DNA of 64,000 nt from a phage. The stretch lies in assembly GCA_038314665.1 (NCBI GenBank), contig GCA_038314665.1_3677.1, one strand, 5' to 3'. The notes below the pieces were generated by a model, which was not told the origin of the DNA, made no database searches, and worked only from the letters and a program-made list of their open reading frames with translations. The position numbers and the translations under genes are program-made. Below are positions 50,470 to 59,794 of the stretch, piece after piece (within the stretch, counting starts at the first letter, position 1; every line of letters starts with the position of its first letter).

Positions 50470-52893
50470 ATGAGTATGTGGTCTTTCGACCTGGAGGCCT
50501 CTGGTTTACTAGAAGACCTAGATCTTTATTATCACTGCGGCTTGTTTAAAGAGCTGAATAAGAACCGTTTTATGCTGTTCCTTCCTCTAAATGACCGCAC
50601 ACACTACTCTGAAGAGGATATAGAGAAGGCTAAGAACTTTATTCTGGCAAAGAAAACTCTTTATAAAGATTTTGAAGTTCGCATAGCAGATTTTTCAGAG
50701 TTGGAAGGTTGGCTTACAGGCAATTCTGACTGGTCACCCACAGCTTTGAACTGCCACAACTGCTACAGCTACGACTTTATGCTGATGGAGAGATTGTCCG
50801 GTATTCATTTTGATATGTTCCGTGATCCTAAGTGTATGGGGACTATCAACGACCACCAGGTTAATCTGTTTGATACATTGGCTATGAGCCGAATTTTGTG
50901 GCCTGACCGACCTTTGCCAAAAGGTTGTCCAGACTCAGTATTTAACCCGGTTACTAAGAAAATGCAGCCTGTTGGACCTCACGGTCTTATGGCATGGGGC
51001 TACGCCCTTGGTAACCAGAAAGTTCAAATTGATGACTGGCGCGATCTCCCGTTGTGGAAGTATGTGGATCGTGTATTCGAGGACGTTATCATCCAGGAGC
51101 TACTCTGGAAAGAGCTGGTAGCGGAATCAAAAGGTGTATTCTACGGCAAATCTGACATGCAGAACTTTATGTACGATCCAGCCAAAGAGAAGCCGAAAGG
51201 GTTCAAGAAGATCACCTGGAAGAACGCATTACGTCGAGGCATGCTGCAGCACTTCCTGATGGAGCTGCAGGCCCGTCAGGGTGTATACTTCGACATAGAT
51301 GGAGCTATTGCTTTACGTGACCGTTGCGATGCGTGGATGAAAGAAATAGCTGATCGTGTTGAACCACAACTGCCTTTAAAAGAGCTGTCAATGTCTCAGC
51401 GGCCCAAATTCCCTGAAAAGCCGTTTAACCAAGACGGGACAATCTCTAATAATGGTTGGAAATGGTTAAAAGATAAGCTTGGCTATCCTGTAGACATGAG
51501 CGCTTTAGAGTTCAAAGCCCCGCCTAAGAGAGCATTTACCTCTACAGGGGATGTCAGCAAGATGGGGATAAAATGGTGTGAAGAGATGGGCTGCAAAGAC
51601 CCCGATAAGATGGCTGATTTCTTGAGAGGCTATATTAAGGGCACTTCCACACCACACCCTTTGCCTAAAGAGCTGATGGATCAGGCAATAAGTGATCTAC
51701 AGCAGAAGCGAATGCCGGACTGCAAGATACCTATGAAAATCAGCAATCAGGACGACATTAAGCGGTATCTGATCAGCGCTGGCTGGCTCCCGACAATGTG
51801 GAGAACTAAGGATGTAACTAAAGACAGCAAGAAGAAAGCTCTACCTGATGCAGATGTTGATGCACGAGTATATGCTTATATGGACGAGCTTTTAGAGTCA
51901 GAGTATTGTGACCTAATTATCAACTTCTGGAACAAAACTGATGCTAAGTTCCAGACAACCGTGCACAAGTTCCGAAGCTTTCCTAACTCCGAAAGGATTA
52001 AAAAGGAAGTGTTCGGGAAAATACGTAGAAAAGCCAGGGCACTTATTACTTCTCCGCAACTGAAAGATACGTTTGGACACCTGTGCCCGAATCTTGAAAA
52101 ATTGAACGGAGAGATGGCTAAAGATATCGTCTTGTGGTTATCATTGCGAAACCGCAGATCGGTCCTTGACCCAATCAAGGAGGATAAGGTTGATACTGGT
52201 CTTCTTAATCACCCACGTTTGAAGATTGACCATAAGCTTCCTGCTAAAAGTTCTGGGCTAACAAACACTTCCAGACAGAAACACAGTATTTGTGCAAACA
52301 TGCCTAAACCATCTCCTAAAGTGGTTATGGGTAAAGAGATGCGTAGTCTATGGGGTGTTCCTCCTGGATACTTTCAGATCGGTATTGACGGGTCCAACTT
52401 AGAGCAGCTTATCGGGGCTTGGGGTGCCTTTGAGTTCGACAACGGCCTGTATTATGATGTTGTAAGTAACGGAGACGCACACCAAAACAATGCTGAGGCA
52501 TATACAAAAGTAGCAGGCAGAGAGGTGTCCCGTAACGACGGTAAACCTATCACGTATGGTGTTATGTACGGGGCACAAAAAGATAAAGTTGCAGATATGC
52601 TGGACATCTCTCCAGAGTTGGGGCAAAGGGTAATAGATGCACTTTGGGATGCCAACCCCGGTCTTAAGGGGCGCAAAGAGGATCTGGAGAAATTCTGGGA
52701 AGCAACAGGTAAGAAGTTTATCTACTCTTTTGATGGTCATGCTATCTGGACCCGATCTAAACACTCTTTACTTAATGCATACCAACAAAATGGTGGTGCA
52801 TCGCTGTGTGACTTAGTCGGGATACTCATGCACCACCAAATGGTGAAGCGTGGGTGGTACGATGAAGGTGTCCGTCGTATTATTTATTACCAT
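50470..52893 (+). CDS. family A (T7-type) DNA polymerase, exon 1
   Basis: Exo I FDLEASG; motif A IDGSNLEQL; motif B RNDGKPITYGVMYGAQ; ORF ends ..IIYYH then K-stop where motif C HDE is expected. Confidence 0.7.
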
Positions 52894-53169
52894 AAATAAC
52901 ATTGTGGCTTCATAGAGTAATCTATGTCGAATAACCTCTTTAACTGCGGGAAGCCTAAACCTTATGGCAAGGTAATCCGCAACGAAGCGCTCAAAAGAGC
53001 GAACGCTCAGAGGCCATTCCGAAAGGAAGTAGACCAGCAAGTGCGGTCGAAATGGGAGGATTCCTGTGGTTGCTTATCATAGGAATATGAGATGGTCCGA
53101 TCCTACGTGAAAACGTATGGCTATGCACGTAATGGTGCGGGGTAGCTTAACGACCTACCTGAACTATTG
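52894..53169 (+). ncRNA. putative self-splicing group I intron in DNA polymerase gene
   Basis: 276 nt separating YYH from DEY; preceded by U (52893), ends in G (53169); P-like TGCGGGAA (52944-52951), Q-like AATCCGCA (52974-52981), R-like CTCAGAGGCCA and S-like AAGTAGACC elements; GTGG at 52904 can pair with exon CCAT. Confidence 0.5.
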
Positions 53170-53523
53170 GATGAGTACCAACTTCAAGTGCCTGACACAC
53201 CGAAGTATAAGACTGTGTACACCTTCGACACAATTGAAGAACTGGAAGCATTTAAGGCAGAGCAGGAGGCCAAACTTCATGTGTTCGACGGTCATAAGTA
53301 CAAAAAGGCACGCAAGGATGAGGACGGAAACGAAGTGGTTGACAGAGACGGAAACACGGTGTACGATCCTATTCTGAACGATGACGGAAAGCTTGAACTT
53401 ATCTGGAGCCCTGTGGGTGAAATGGTGGTGCATTGCTTCTGGCAAGCTTCTAAAATGATGGGAGTCCCGTTCCAGATCACAGGTGAATACTTGTGTGGTC
53501 GTAACTGGGGTGATTGTCACTAA
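53170..53523 (+). CDS. family A DNA polymerase, exon 2 (motif C to C-terminus)
   Basis: Begins DEYQLQV, completing H-D-E motif C when joined to exon 1; C-terminus ..GRNWGDCH resembles the T7 polymerase end as recalled from memory. Confidence 0.6.
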   Translation, partial: DEYQLQVPDTPKYKTVYTFDTIEELEAFKAEQEAKLHVFDGHKYKKARKDEDGNEVVDRDGNTVYDPILNDDGKLELIWSPVGEMVVHCFWQASKMMGVPFQITGEYLCGRNWGDCH

Positions 53524-53572
53524 TGTAAACCATCAGCACAGGGAGGTGCTGTTGAGCAAAGAGGAGACTTTT

Positions 53573-53857
53573 ATGGTAGTAGAGCCAACAAAAACATTTA
53601 CATCCATGACCATTCCTGTTATTATGCAGGTGGAGTGTGTTCAGGTATCTCAAGTGTGGCCCGGCACCAAAATCCCAACAGGGCCTGATTTCTTTCAGGT
53701 TGGGAAAGTGTACAATGTCTGGAAGGCACCAGATTGTTACCCTTTCATTAAAGATGACCGTGGGATGCTGTGGTACCTTGGAAATGACTTGACACTGCAC
53801 CTTGGGAATACTATTATTGCAGTATTCAGACTTAACAAGAAGGAGACCGATCAATGA
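53573..53857 (+). CDS. small early protein, paralog family member
   Basis: ATG after GAGGAGAC; FFQVGKVYNV..IKDDRGMLWY pattern shared with 53854, 54078. Confidence 0.4.
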   Translation: MVVEPTKTFTSMTIPVIMQVECVQVSQVWPGTKIPTGPDFFQVGKVYNVWKAPDCYPFIKDDRGMLWYLGNDLTLHLGNTIIAVFRLNKKETDQ

Positions 53858-54081
53858 CGACTTTGGTTAAAGCTACCTTTGTAGAAGAAAAGATGACAGA
53901 CCTGTCATTCTTTAAAGAAGGAAAGACCTACGAGGTTTATTACGATAAAGCTCGTGCAAACAAAATGATTAAAGACGAGGAAGGGGTTGCCTGGTATATC
54001 TCTCACCTGGCAAACGGTGAGTATCATATCTACGGAACCACTTTGCTTGCCAAGTTTGTAGTTGTTGAAGAGGACCTATGA
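53854..54081 (+). CDS. small early protein, paralog family member
   Basis: 75 aa; FFKEGKTYEVYY..IKDEEGVAWY. Confidence 0.4.
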   Translation: MTTLVKATFVEEKMTDLSFFKEGKTYEVYYDKARANKMIKDEEGVAWYISHLANGEYHIYGTTLLAKFVVVEEDL

Positions 54082-54272
54082 AAGTAAAGTATCTTGCTGA
54101 AGGTATGAATAGGTATTTTACCCTTGGTGAAGAATATTGGCCCTTTACAAACAACGGCGATGTCTACGTGAAAGATAATTTCGGCACGCCGTGGTTTCTG
54201 CACTCTAATGGGCTGGGATACTCCATTTACTGCGGTGCAGTGAACAACACAACTCTTGCAGAGTTCGTTTAG
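54078..54272 (+). CDS. small early protein, paralog family member
   Basis: 64 aa; YFTLGEEYWPF..VKDNFGTPWF; RBS GAAGAGGA. Confidence 0.4.
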   Translation: MKVKYLAEGMNRYFTLGEEYWPFTNNGDVYVKDNFGTPWFLHSNGLGYSIYCGAVNNTTLAEFV

Positions 54273-54282
54273 AGGAGGTAGG

Positions 54283-54654
54283 ATGTTAGTAAAAGGTACC
54301 CACACAGTTAAACAACGTATTGAAGTTGAGATTGATGATTGTGAGCTGAAGCATATTTTACGGTCATGCTCCAACGTTTTGCTCCTTAGTATTCTTCAGG
54401 AGCGAGCGGAGAACGAGTTCTTAAATGCATTGGCAGGCCGTCCCGGTGACTTCTGTGTGCGTAAGCGTGGTGACAACAAGTCGTGGTTGTGGGAGATCGA
54501 TGCCGACTGGGATTACCACAAAAATGAGGGTATAGATGAGCCTATTCGTGAACTGACTGAAAACGAAGTTCAGATGTACGAAGATGTTTGCCAGTGGGCA
54601 AAAAGTCAACAAACCTACCTTGATCCTTGGTGGATGATTGAAAATAGTCGTTGA
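54283..54654 (+). CDS. hypothetical early protein
   Basis: ATG 54283 preceded by GAGGAGG; track ORF start 54256 lacks RBS. Confidence 0.4.
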   Translation: MLVKGTHTVKQRIEVEIDDCELKHILRSCSNVLLLSILQERAENEFLNALAGRPGDFCVRKRGDNKSWLWEIDADWDYHKNEGIDEPIRELTENEVQMYEDVCQWAKSQQTYLDPWWMIENSR

Positions 54655-54679
54655 CAAGAAGTAAAGTTAGATGTAAGAT
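54651..54679 (+). promoter_or_regulatory. sigma70-like promoter
   Basis: TTGACA - 17 nt - TAAGAT upstream of gene 54731. Confidence 0.45.
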
Positions 54680-54730
54680 ACTCCCCACAAACAGAGTATT
54701 GATTGTTAAATAATTAAGGAGACCTCCAAG

Positions 54731-54985
54731 ATGAAAATCATGTTGAAACCAGAATGCGTTGCAAACGACCGAGCTTTTAAAGATTGCACACTTGGCACTA
54801 TTTATGAAGCAGAGTTTTGTGAGAACCCTTTGGTAAAAGCCCTTTTGGAAGAAGGGGCCCCTTTATCACAAGAAGAGATTGATGAGCTGGAAAACTCAGT
54901 ACAGTGCCTTACCTTTAAAGATGATGAAGGAGACTCTGTCTGGTGCACTGTTAATGAAGTAGTTTTTGTAAAACCTGAACATTAA
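54731..54985 (+). CDS. small early protein, paralog of 55049..55321
   Basis: 84 aa; KPE..DRAFKDCTLG..FKDDEGDSVWCT. Confidence 0.45.
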   Translation: MKIMLKPECVANDRAFKDCTLGTIYEAEFCENPLVKALLEEGAPLSQEEIDELENSVQCLTFKDDEGDSVWCTVNEVVFVKPEH

Positions 54986-54988
54986 TAC

Positions 54989-55017
54989 TTGACAACAGTG
55001 ATGGGGCCTAATATAAT
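54989..55017 (+). promoter_or_regulatory. sigma70-like promoter
   Basis: TTGACA - 17 nt - TATAAT consensus hexamers. Confidence 0.55.
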
Positions 55018-55048
55018 GGCCCTATCAAAACGAAAGGGGACCACAGCA

Positions 55049-55321
55049 ATGACCAAACAATATCAACGAATTAAAGCCAAGGTTAAGCCAGACTATCTGG
55101 AGAAAGACTCTGCTTTTCGGGACTGCACAGCTGACAAAGTTTACACAGGGGCCGTCCTGTTGAACGATGAACTTGAAGTAGATATTCTGGGTAAAGAGGC
55201 AACTATTAAGGACGACCAAGGCGATTATGTTTGCTGCACCACACGTGAGCTAGAAATCTTAGAATACTTCGGTGAAATCTTCACCTCTCTTGATGATTAC
55301 TTAGATGATGAGGAAGCGTGA
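55049..55321 (+). CDS. small early protein, paralog of 54731..54985
   Basis: ATG 55049 after AAGGGGA and downstream of promoter 54989; KPD..DSAFRDCTAD..IKDDQGDYVCCT. Confidence 0.45.
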   Translation: MTKQYQRIKAKVKPDYLEKDSAFRDCTADKVYTGAVLLNDELEVDILGKEATIKDDQGDYVCCTTRELEILEYFGEIFTSLDDYLDDEEA

Positions 55322-55710
55322 TGAAAAATATTTGGGATATTGATATCTTTAAAGCCTCTAAGCTTGATGGTGCTGATGGAGTGATTATGGTGTCTGATGG
55401 CAAGGCAACACTAACTTCCGGAGATATCATCTATGCATTGGACGAGCTGGCACTTCTGAAATCTACTGGTAACACTTTGGAGGAGCGTCTTCAAGGATTC
55501 GCTTTCAAAGAAGGTACAAATACAGCCATGATGTGCACCACACGGACAGTTCAGGTGGGTAACGGTGTCTATATGATTATTGCTGTGTGTCCTAAATTCA
55601 GCAACGTCAACAAAGATGATGCTGACGCGGTCAACGATGTGGTTGTTCTCTTCGTGGGCGACGCTATGGCAGATCTGATGAATGCAGGAGAAGCAGCAAA
55701 TGAAGACTGA
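55318..55710 (+). CDS. hypothetical early protein
   Basis: 130-aa ORF, ATGA overlap. Confidence 0.4.
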   Translation: MMKNIWDIDIFKASKLDGADGVIMVSDGKATLTSGDIIYALDELALLKSTGNTLEERLQGFAFKEGTNTAMMCTTRTVQVGNGVYMIIAVCPKFSNVNKDDADAVNDVVVLFVGDAMADLMNAGEAANED

Positions 55711-56002
55711 AAACATCACCCCAGCAGGGTTCTTAAAAGTATACCGTGAACTGCTATATACTACAGAGGACAGTGTTCTAGAGTATCCAGAATATCTTTT
55801 GCTGTATAAGTATCTACAAGAAGCTGGTGAAAATCTGCCAGTTAGTGCAGAAGGCGGTCCGAACTGGGTATACAGCGCATGGAGAAAGGTTGACATTCTC
55901 CCAGACCCAGGTAAAGATATGGTAGTTTGGCAGCTTATCAACAACATCGGGATTCCAATCTTTGATGAAGCTGTTAAAATCTATTTTGAACTTGACGATT
56001 AA
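55700..56002 (+). CDS. hypothetical early protein
   Basis: ATG 55700 with AGGAGAAG RBS; overlaps upstream stop. Confidence 0.35.
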   Translation: MKTENITPAGFLKVYRELLYTTEDSVLEYPEYLLLYKYLQEAGENLPVSAEGGPNWVYSAWRKVDILPDPGKDMVVWQLINNIGIPIFDEAVKIYFELDD

Positions 56003-56019
56003 TATCAGGAGACCTTAAG

Positions 56020-56265
56020 ATGACTGAAGCAGTTGCTCGCGCAGGACAGAAAGTACGTTGTGTTGAAGTAGGTTTTGGTGGCAAAGGATGTCAAAACTTG
56101 ACTCAAGGTAAGGAATACGCTGTTATTTCTGGTGGTGGCGACGAAAGTATTGTGTTCGAGGGCCACATCCTGGATGCTGAGAACTTTGAAATCTTTGACG
56201 ACGATGGGGATCCGATCACCTGCCTGCTGGACGGGAATTGGGGAACTTTTGAAGTGATTGGCTAA
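56020..56265 (+). CDS. small early protein, paralog family member
   Basis: 81 aa; LTQGKEYAV..FDDDGDPITC; RBS AGGAGAC. Confidence 0.4.
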   Translation: MTEAVARAGQKVRCVEVGFGGKGCQNLTQGKEYAVISGGGDESIVFEGHILDAENFEIFDDDGDPITCLLDGNWGTFEVIG

Positions 56266-56275
56266 CAAATACATA

Positions 56276-56304
56276 TTGTAATTTACAGAAGGGGATGCTA
56301 AAAT
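56276..56304 (+). promoter_or_regulatory. sigma70-like promoter (weaker)
   Basis: TTGTAA - 17 nt - TAAAAT upstream of 56349. Confidence 0.35.
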
Positions 56305-56348
56305 AGTGTCTCCTTCTATGTTGTTCAAATAAAATCGGAGATTCCATA

Positions 56349-56714
56349 ATGGAACAAATGAACGATCAAGAGTCGGTTGCGATGAACGAGCAAGAACAAC
56401 CTCAAGAATTTTTCTTAGGGTTAAGTAAAGATCAAGTGTCTCTTTTGCTAGTGCTTTCTTCTTTCATGGGAAGACTTCAGGAGCTCACACAACAACCGGA
56501 GGCTGAACAATTATTTCAGGCTCTGCGTGAAGAAGAAAAATATCGTCGTTTGGACTATGCCTTAGGTTGGGTAGCTCAACAACGAGATATGTTGATGGCC
56601 CTCTCTGGGACCACAAGTTTTGCAATGGGCCTGTTGGCTCAAGTTCAGGACAAATTAATTCAAGCAGGGTTTGCACACACGGCAAACACTAACGAAGAAC
56701 AAGGAGACAAATAA
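56349..56714 (+). CDS. hypothetical early protein
   Basis: 121-aa acidic ORF. Confidence 0.4.
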   Translation: MEQMNDQESVAMNEQEQPQEFFLGLSKDQVSLLLVLSSFMGRLQELTQQPEAEQLFQALREEEKYRRLDYALGWVAQQRDMLMALSGTTSFAMGLLAQVQDKLIQAGFAHTANTNEEQGDK

Positions 56715-57940
56715 TGAGCGTTATTCAACAATTCGCTAACCCGATGAATCCGCGTGAAACTGTTTTACTGGCTCACGGTATGATCAAGCGTGTCAGCATC
56801 AAGCCTATCAAAGGTGCTGATCCTACAACAGGTATTAAAACCACCGTGTGGCAAGGTAAGAAAATTGAATCCAGCCACACCATCTCTTTACTGATTTCTG
56901 AACTGGATTCCTCTGATAACCTGCTTCAAGGCGGTGAAGAAGTCTGGATCAGCATGGGTGATAAGCTACTTAAACCCGGTCATCAAGACTCTGTCTCTGT
57001 TAAGATTGATGACAAGTGGGAAACCGTAACGCCAGGATGGATCGTAAATATTCCTTTGAAGGCAAACGAGCATAACGGTAAGACCTATTACAAAGGCTCA
57101 CTGGCTAAGATGGTCAAGCTGGGTGCAGGAGAGGCTCCAGCAGCGACTCAGCAGCAAAAACAGCAACAAGGTGCACAATCACAAGGTCAGAAGCAGAAAC
57201 CTCAGCAGAATGCCAATCAGGACGTTTTACGCATCTATGGCGATGTGACTCAGATTGTTGGCAACGTGGTTACTGTTAATGACCACAAGATCGGCGAAGG
57301 TGCTATGGTTGTCACGGATGAGCAGCTTAAAGACCTGGTGGTAGGTGGTCGTGTTGCAGCCATTGTTGACAAAGACACCGGAAACATTATCAGTGGTTTC
57401 AAGGCCTATCCCCCTAAGGCAGAGAACGGCACTCAAGGCTCTGGTGGCAAGCGTAAATCCTCTTACGACCCTATCGGTGTGGAAACGGGGCATAGCATCA
57501 ATGCGTTGCAGATCATCCTGGATCGCGGGTTTAAGGTAGACGACCCACTAGGTGTGGCTAAAGCACTGCACGTAGTCACCATTGAGCTTAAGAAAGAGTA
57601 TGCTCAAGCCACCAACCGAACTGAAGATGAAGTAGGTGCCAGTGTCGGTAATGCGGTGTTGAACGCTTGTCGCCGTATTGACAAGAAAACGAAAGTTGAT
57701 GATTTTGCAGCGGCAATTACTGCAGAAGCAAAAGATGTGTTGACTAATCTGGCTGAGCCGTTGTACGATTGGATCAAGAACGGTGCTGGGTCAACTGACC
57801 ATCAAGAACCTCAGGCTGCCAAACAGGAAGCAGCTCCACAGCAAAACACTGTAGACGCTCCTCCTGTAAATGATGGGGAAGATGACCCGATGGATCAGAA
57901 TCCAGCACAGTACGCCTTTGATGACTCGATCCCTTTCTGA
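56714..57940 (+). CDS. single-stranded DNA-binding protein-like
   Basis: 408 aa; Gln/Gly-rich linker; acidic C-terminal tail ending ..AQYAFDDSIPF, matching the DDDIPF-type tip of bacterial SSB. Confidence 0.5.
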   Translation: MSVIQQFANPMNPRETVLLAHGMIKRVSIKPIKGADPTTGIKTTVWQGKKIESSHTISLLISELDSSDNLLQGGEEVWISMGDKLLKPGHQDSVSVKIDDKWETVTPGWIVNIPLKANEHNGKTYYKGSLAKMVKLGAGEAPAATQQQKQQQGAQSQGQKQKPQQNANQDVLRIYGDVTQIVGNVVTVNDHKIGEGAMVVTDEQLKDLVVGGRVAAIVDKDTGNIISGFKAYPPKAENGTQGSGGKRKSSYDPIGVETGHSINALQIILDRGFKVDDPLGVAKALHVVTIELKKEYAQATNRTEDEVGASVGNAVLNACRRIDKKTKVDDFAAAITAEAKDVLTNLAEPLYDWIKNGAGSTDHQEPQAAKQEAAPQQNTVDAPPVNDGEDDPMDQNPAQYAFDDSIPF

Positions 57941-57948
57941 GGTCAGTT

Positions 57949-58527
57949 ATGAAATGCAAACGTTGTGGGGAGGACAAGGAGGCCTCCGACTTCTACACCA
58001 GCAACAAATCAACGTGCAAAGAGTGCTGTAAGAAGGCCAGCAGGGAGGCTGACCAATTTGCTAAAGACTCTTCAGAAAAAGGTGTAATACGTGTGTTGTA
58101 CAAAACTCAAAAGTGCAACAGCAAGCAAAGAGGTCACCCTCCTCCGACTTACACCAAAAAAGAGTTTAAAGAGTGGCTATACCTAAACGGTTACAAAGAG
58201 TTGTATGACCAATGGGTAGCCAGCGGATACGACAAAAGGAAAAAGCCTTCTTGTGACAGGATAGACGATTTCAAAGGATACTCTTTTGATAATATCCGTT
58301 TAACAACTTGGGGAGAAAATAAAGACAAGCAGACAGAGGATATTCTGTTACATAGAAGCACCAGCGGTAGACGGTGCAAAAATGTAAGGAGATTGGACAT
58401 GAATGGCAACGTTCTTAAAGAATGGGTATCCCACAACTCTTGCAGCAGAGAAACCGGAATATATGTTGGTTACTACATTCATGAAAAAATTCCAGCCCCC
58501 GATGGATACCTCTATGAATACTTTTAG
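57949..58527 (+). CDS. Cys-rich zinc-finger protein, possible nuclease
   Basis: 192 aa; N-terminal CKRC..CKECC zinc-finger-like cysteines; no definitive HNH or GIY-YIG motif seen. Confidence 0.3.
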   Translation: MKCKRCGEDKEASDFYTSNKSTCKECCKKASREADQFAKDSSEKGVIRVLYKTQKCNSKQRGHPPPTYTKKEFKEWLYLNGYKELYDQWVASGYDKRKKPSCDRIDDFKGYSFDNIRLTTWGENKDKQTEDILLHRSTSGRRCKNVRRLDMNGNVLKEWVSHNSCSRETGIYVGYYIHEKIPAPDGYLYEYF

Positions 58528-58542
58528 CACCTAACCAACATA

Positions 58543-58570
58543 GCCCTGCCCGAAAGGGTGGGGCATTTTT
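58543..58570 (+). terminator. rho-independent terminator (copy 2 of duplicated hairpin)
   Basis: gccctgccc-GAAA-gggtggggc followed by attttt; identical hairpin to 47534..47555. Confidence 0.55.
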
Positions 58571-58589
58571 GTATAAGGAGATCTGAAAA

Positions 58590-59006
58590 ATGACATTAGA
58601 AGATATCATTGTTAAACCTGAGAACTATGACCAATACAACCTGTCAACTCAATCTGTAGACCTCGGATGCGCCACAGTCAGTGCATGGCTGGTTAACGGA
58701 AAAGAGCTTGACGAGTGCCTGGAAGCACACATGTCGGTGAATAAATTTCTTGATGAAAATACCCACTGGCTAGAGGGTGCAGGCGTATATGCTTCATGGT
58801 TGGAGAGTATGGGATTCGACTACCAATCTGAAGAAGGGTGGTGGAGCTATTTAGCTATCTGCCCAGAGACGCTGCAATGCTTCATGAAATATTCTGAAGA
58901 TTTGGAGTACCGGGCGGTGGTTGATAGTGCTATTGCCCGTTATAGCCGTAAACCTTTTTCCCACGACATTAAAACTGTGGAAGAATTTGTTGAAGTTTTC
59001 TGTTGA
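58590..59006 (+). CDS. hypothetical early protein
   Basis: 138-aa ORF, RBS AAGGAG. Confidence 0.45.
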   Translation: MTLEDIIVKPENYDQYNLSTQSVDLGCATVSAWLVNGKELDECLEAHMSVNKFLDENTHWLEGAGVYASWLESMGFDYQSEEGWWSYLAICPETLQCFMKYSEDLEYRAVVDSAIARYSRKPFSHDIKTVEEFVEVFC

Positions 59007-59102
59007 CACAGGTTGAAAGGTGTGCAATTATAACTTCATATAACGGGAGGACGCGATGAACGAAGAAAACTGGGATGTATAACTAACAGGAGGCCACTGC
59101 CC

Positions 59103-59300
59103 ATGATTTATCGAATCCGTGTAAGAGAAGATGCACCAGGTTGTTACTTTGACTGGCGTGGGTGGTGGTTTCTCCACCCAATGGATGGACTCACAGATAG
59201 AATGCTGGATGCTGCCCTTTATACAGATACCGATATAGAATATAATCTCTATCTGAAGGACGGTATAGATAACGGCCTGTTTGAAGCAATTCCTGTGTAA
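59103..59300 (+). CDS. hypothetical early protein
   Basis: 65-aa ORF, RBS AGGAGG. Confidence 0.35.
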   Translation: MIYRIRVREDAPGCYFDWRGWWFLHPMDGLTDRMLDAALYTDTDIEYNLYLKDGIDNGLFEAIPV

Positions 59301-59368
59301 GAGACTGTGATAGCTATGTTTTATGATCTTCCTGTAGCACCACCACCTGTTGAACCCGGAGAACTAAG

Positions 59369-59794
59369 ATGATCTATGAAATGCCAAAACTGATTCGCGA
59401 CGATGCCCAAAACGCTCACACCATTATTATGGGCAAACGCATGGATATTATTTGTCATAAAGATTTCTGGGAAGGAAGTTACTTCACAGAGTATTTTGGT
59501 AAACTGGACAATGGTCTGCTGATCCAGTTCTACACCGATGCGGAAAACAACATTCACTGGGAGTTCGAAACTGAAGATATTCATAAACTTTTCACCTTCC
59601 TAGGTATTAAGGTTGAGGCCAAGTTTGAAGAAGGTGAGTGCGACGATTGTGGATTCTACGAGGTAACAGATTTCTACCTCCCGAGTGGTGAGAACCTTTA
59701 CTATGAAAGCCACTTCGGCAACTCAAATATGCCACAAGGTTGGGATGAGTTTTTTGAAATTGCGGAAGAGGAGCTGGCATACCGTGATTATTGA
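59369..59794 (+). CDS. hypothetical early protein
   Basis: 141-aa ORF. Confidence 0.4.
   Translation: MIYEMPKLIRDDAQNAHTIIMGKRMDIICHKDFWEGSYFTEYFGKLDNGLLIQFYTDAENNIHWEFETEDIHKLFTFLGIKVEAKFEEGECDDCGFYEVTDFYLPSGENLYYESHFGNSNMPQGWDEFFEIAEEELAYRDY

Noticed and set aside
50470-52899. Taking the track ORF end (52899) as the true C-terminus of the DNA polymerase
   Set aside because: The ORF stops one residue after the His of motif C and lacks the catalytic D-E, which appear at the start of the ORF 276 nt downstream; a splice or split explains this better.
54989-55048. Track start codon at 54989 for the gene ending 55321 (and similarly 53483, 54256, 55682, 59685, 60436, 47549)
   Set aside because: These upstream starts lack an RBS and overlap a promoter, terminator hairpin or upstream gene; the internal starts with RBS were preferred.
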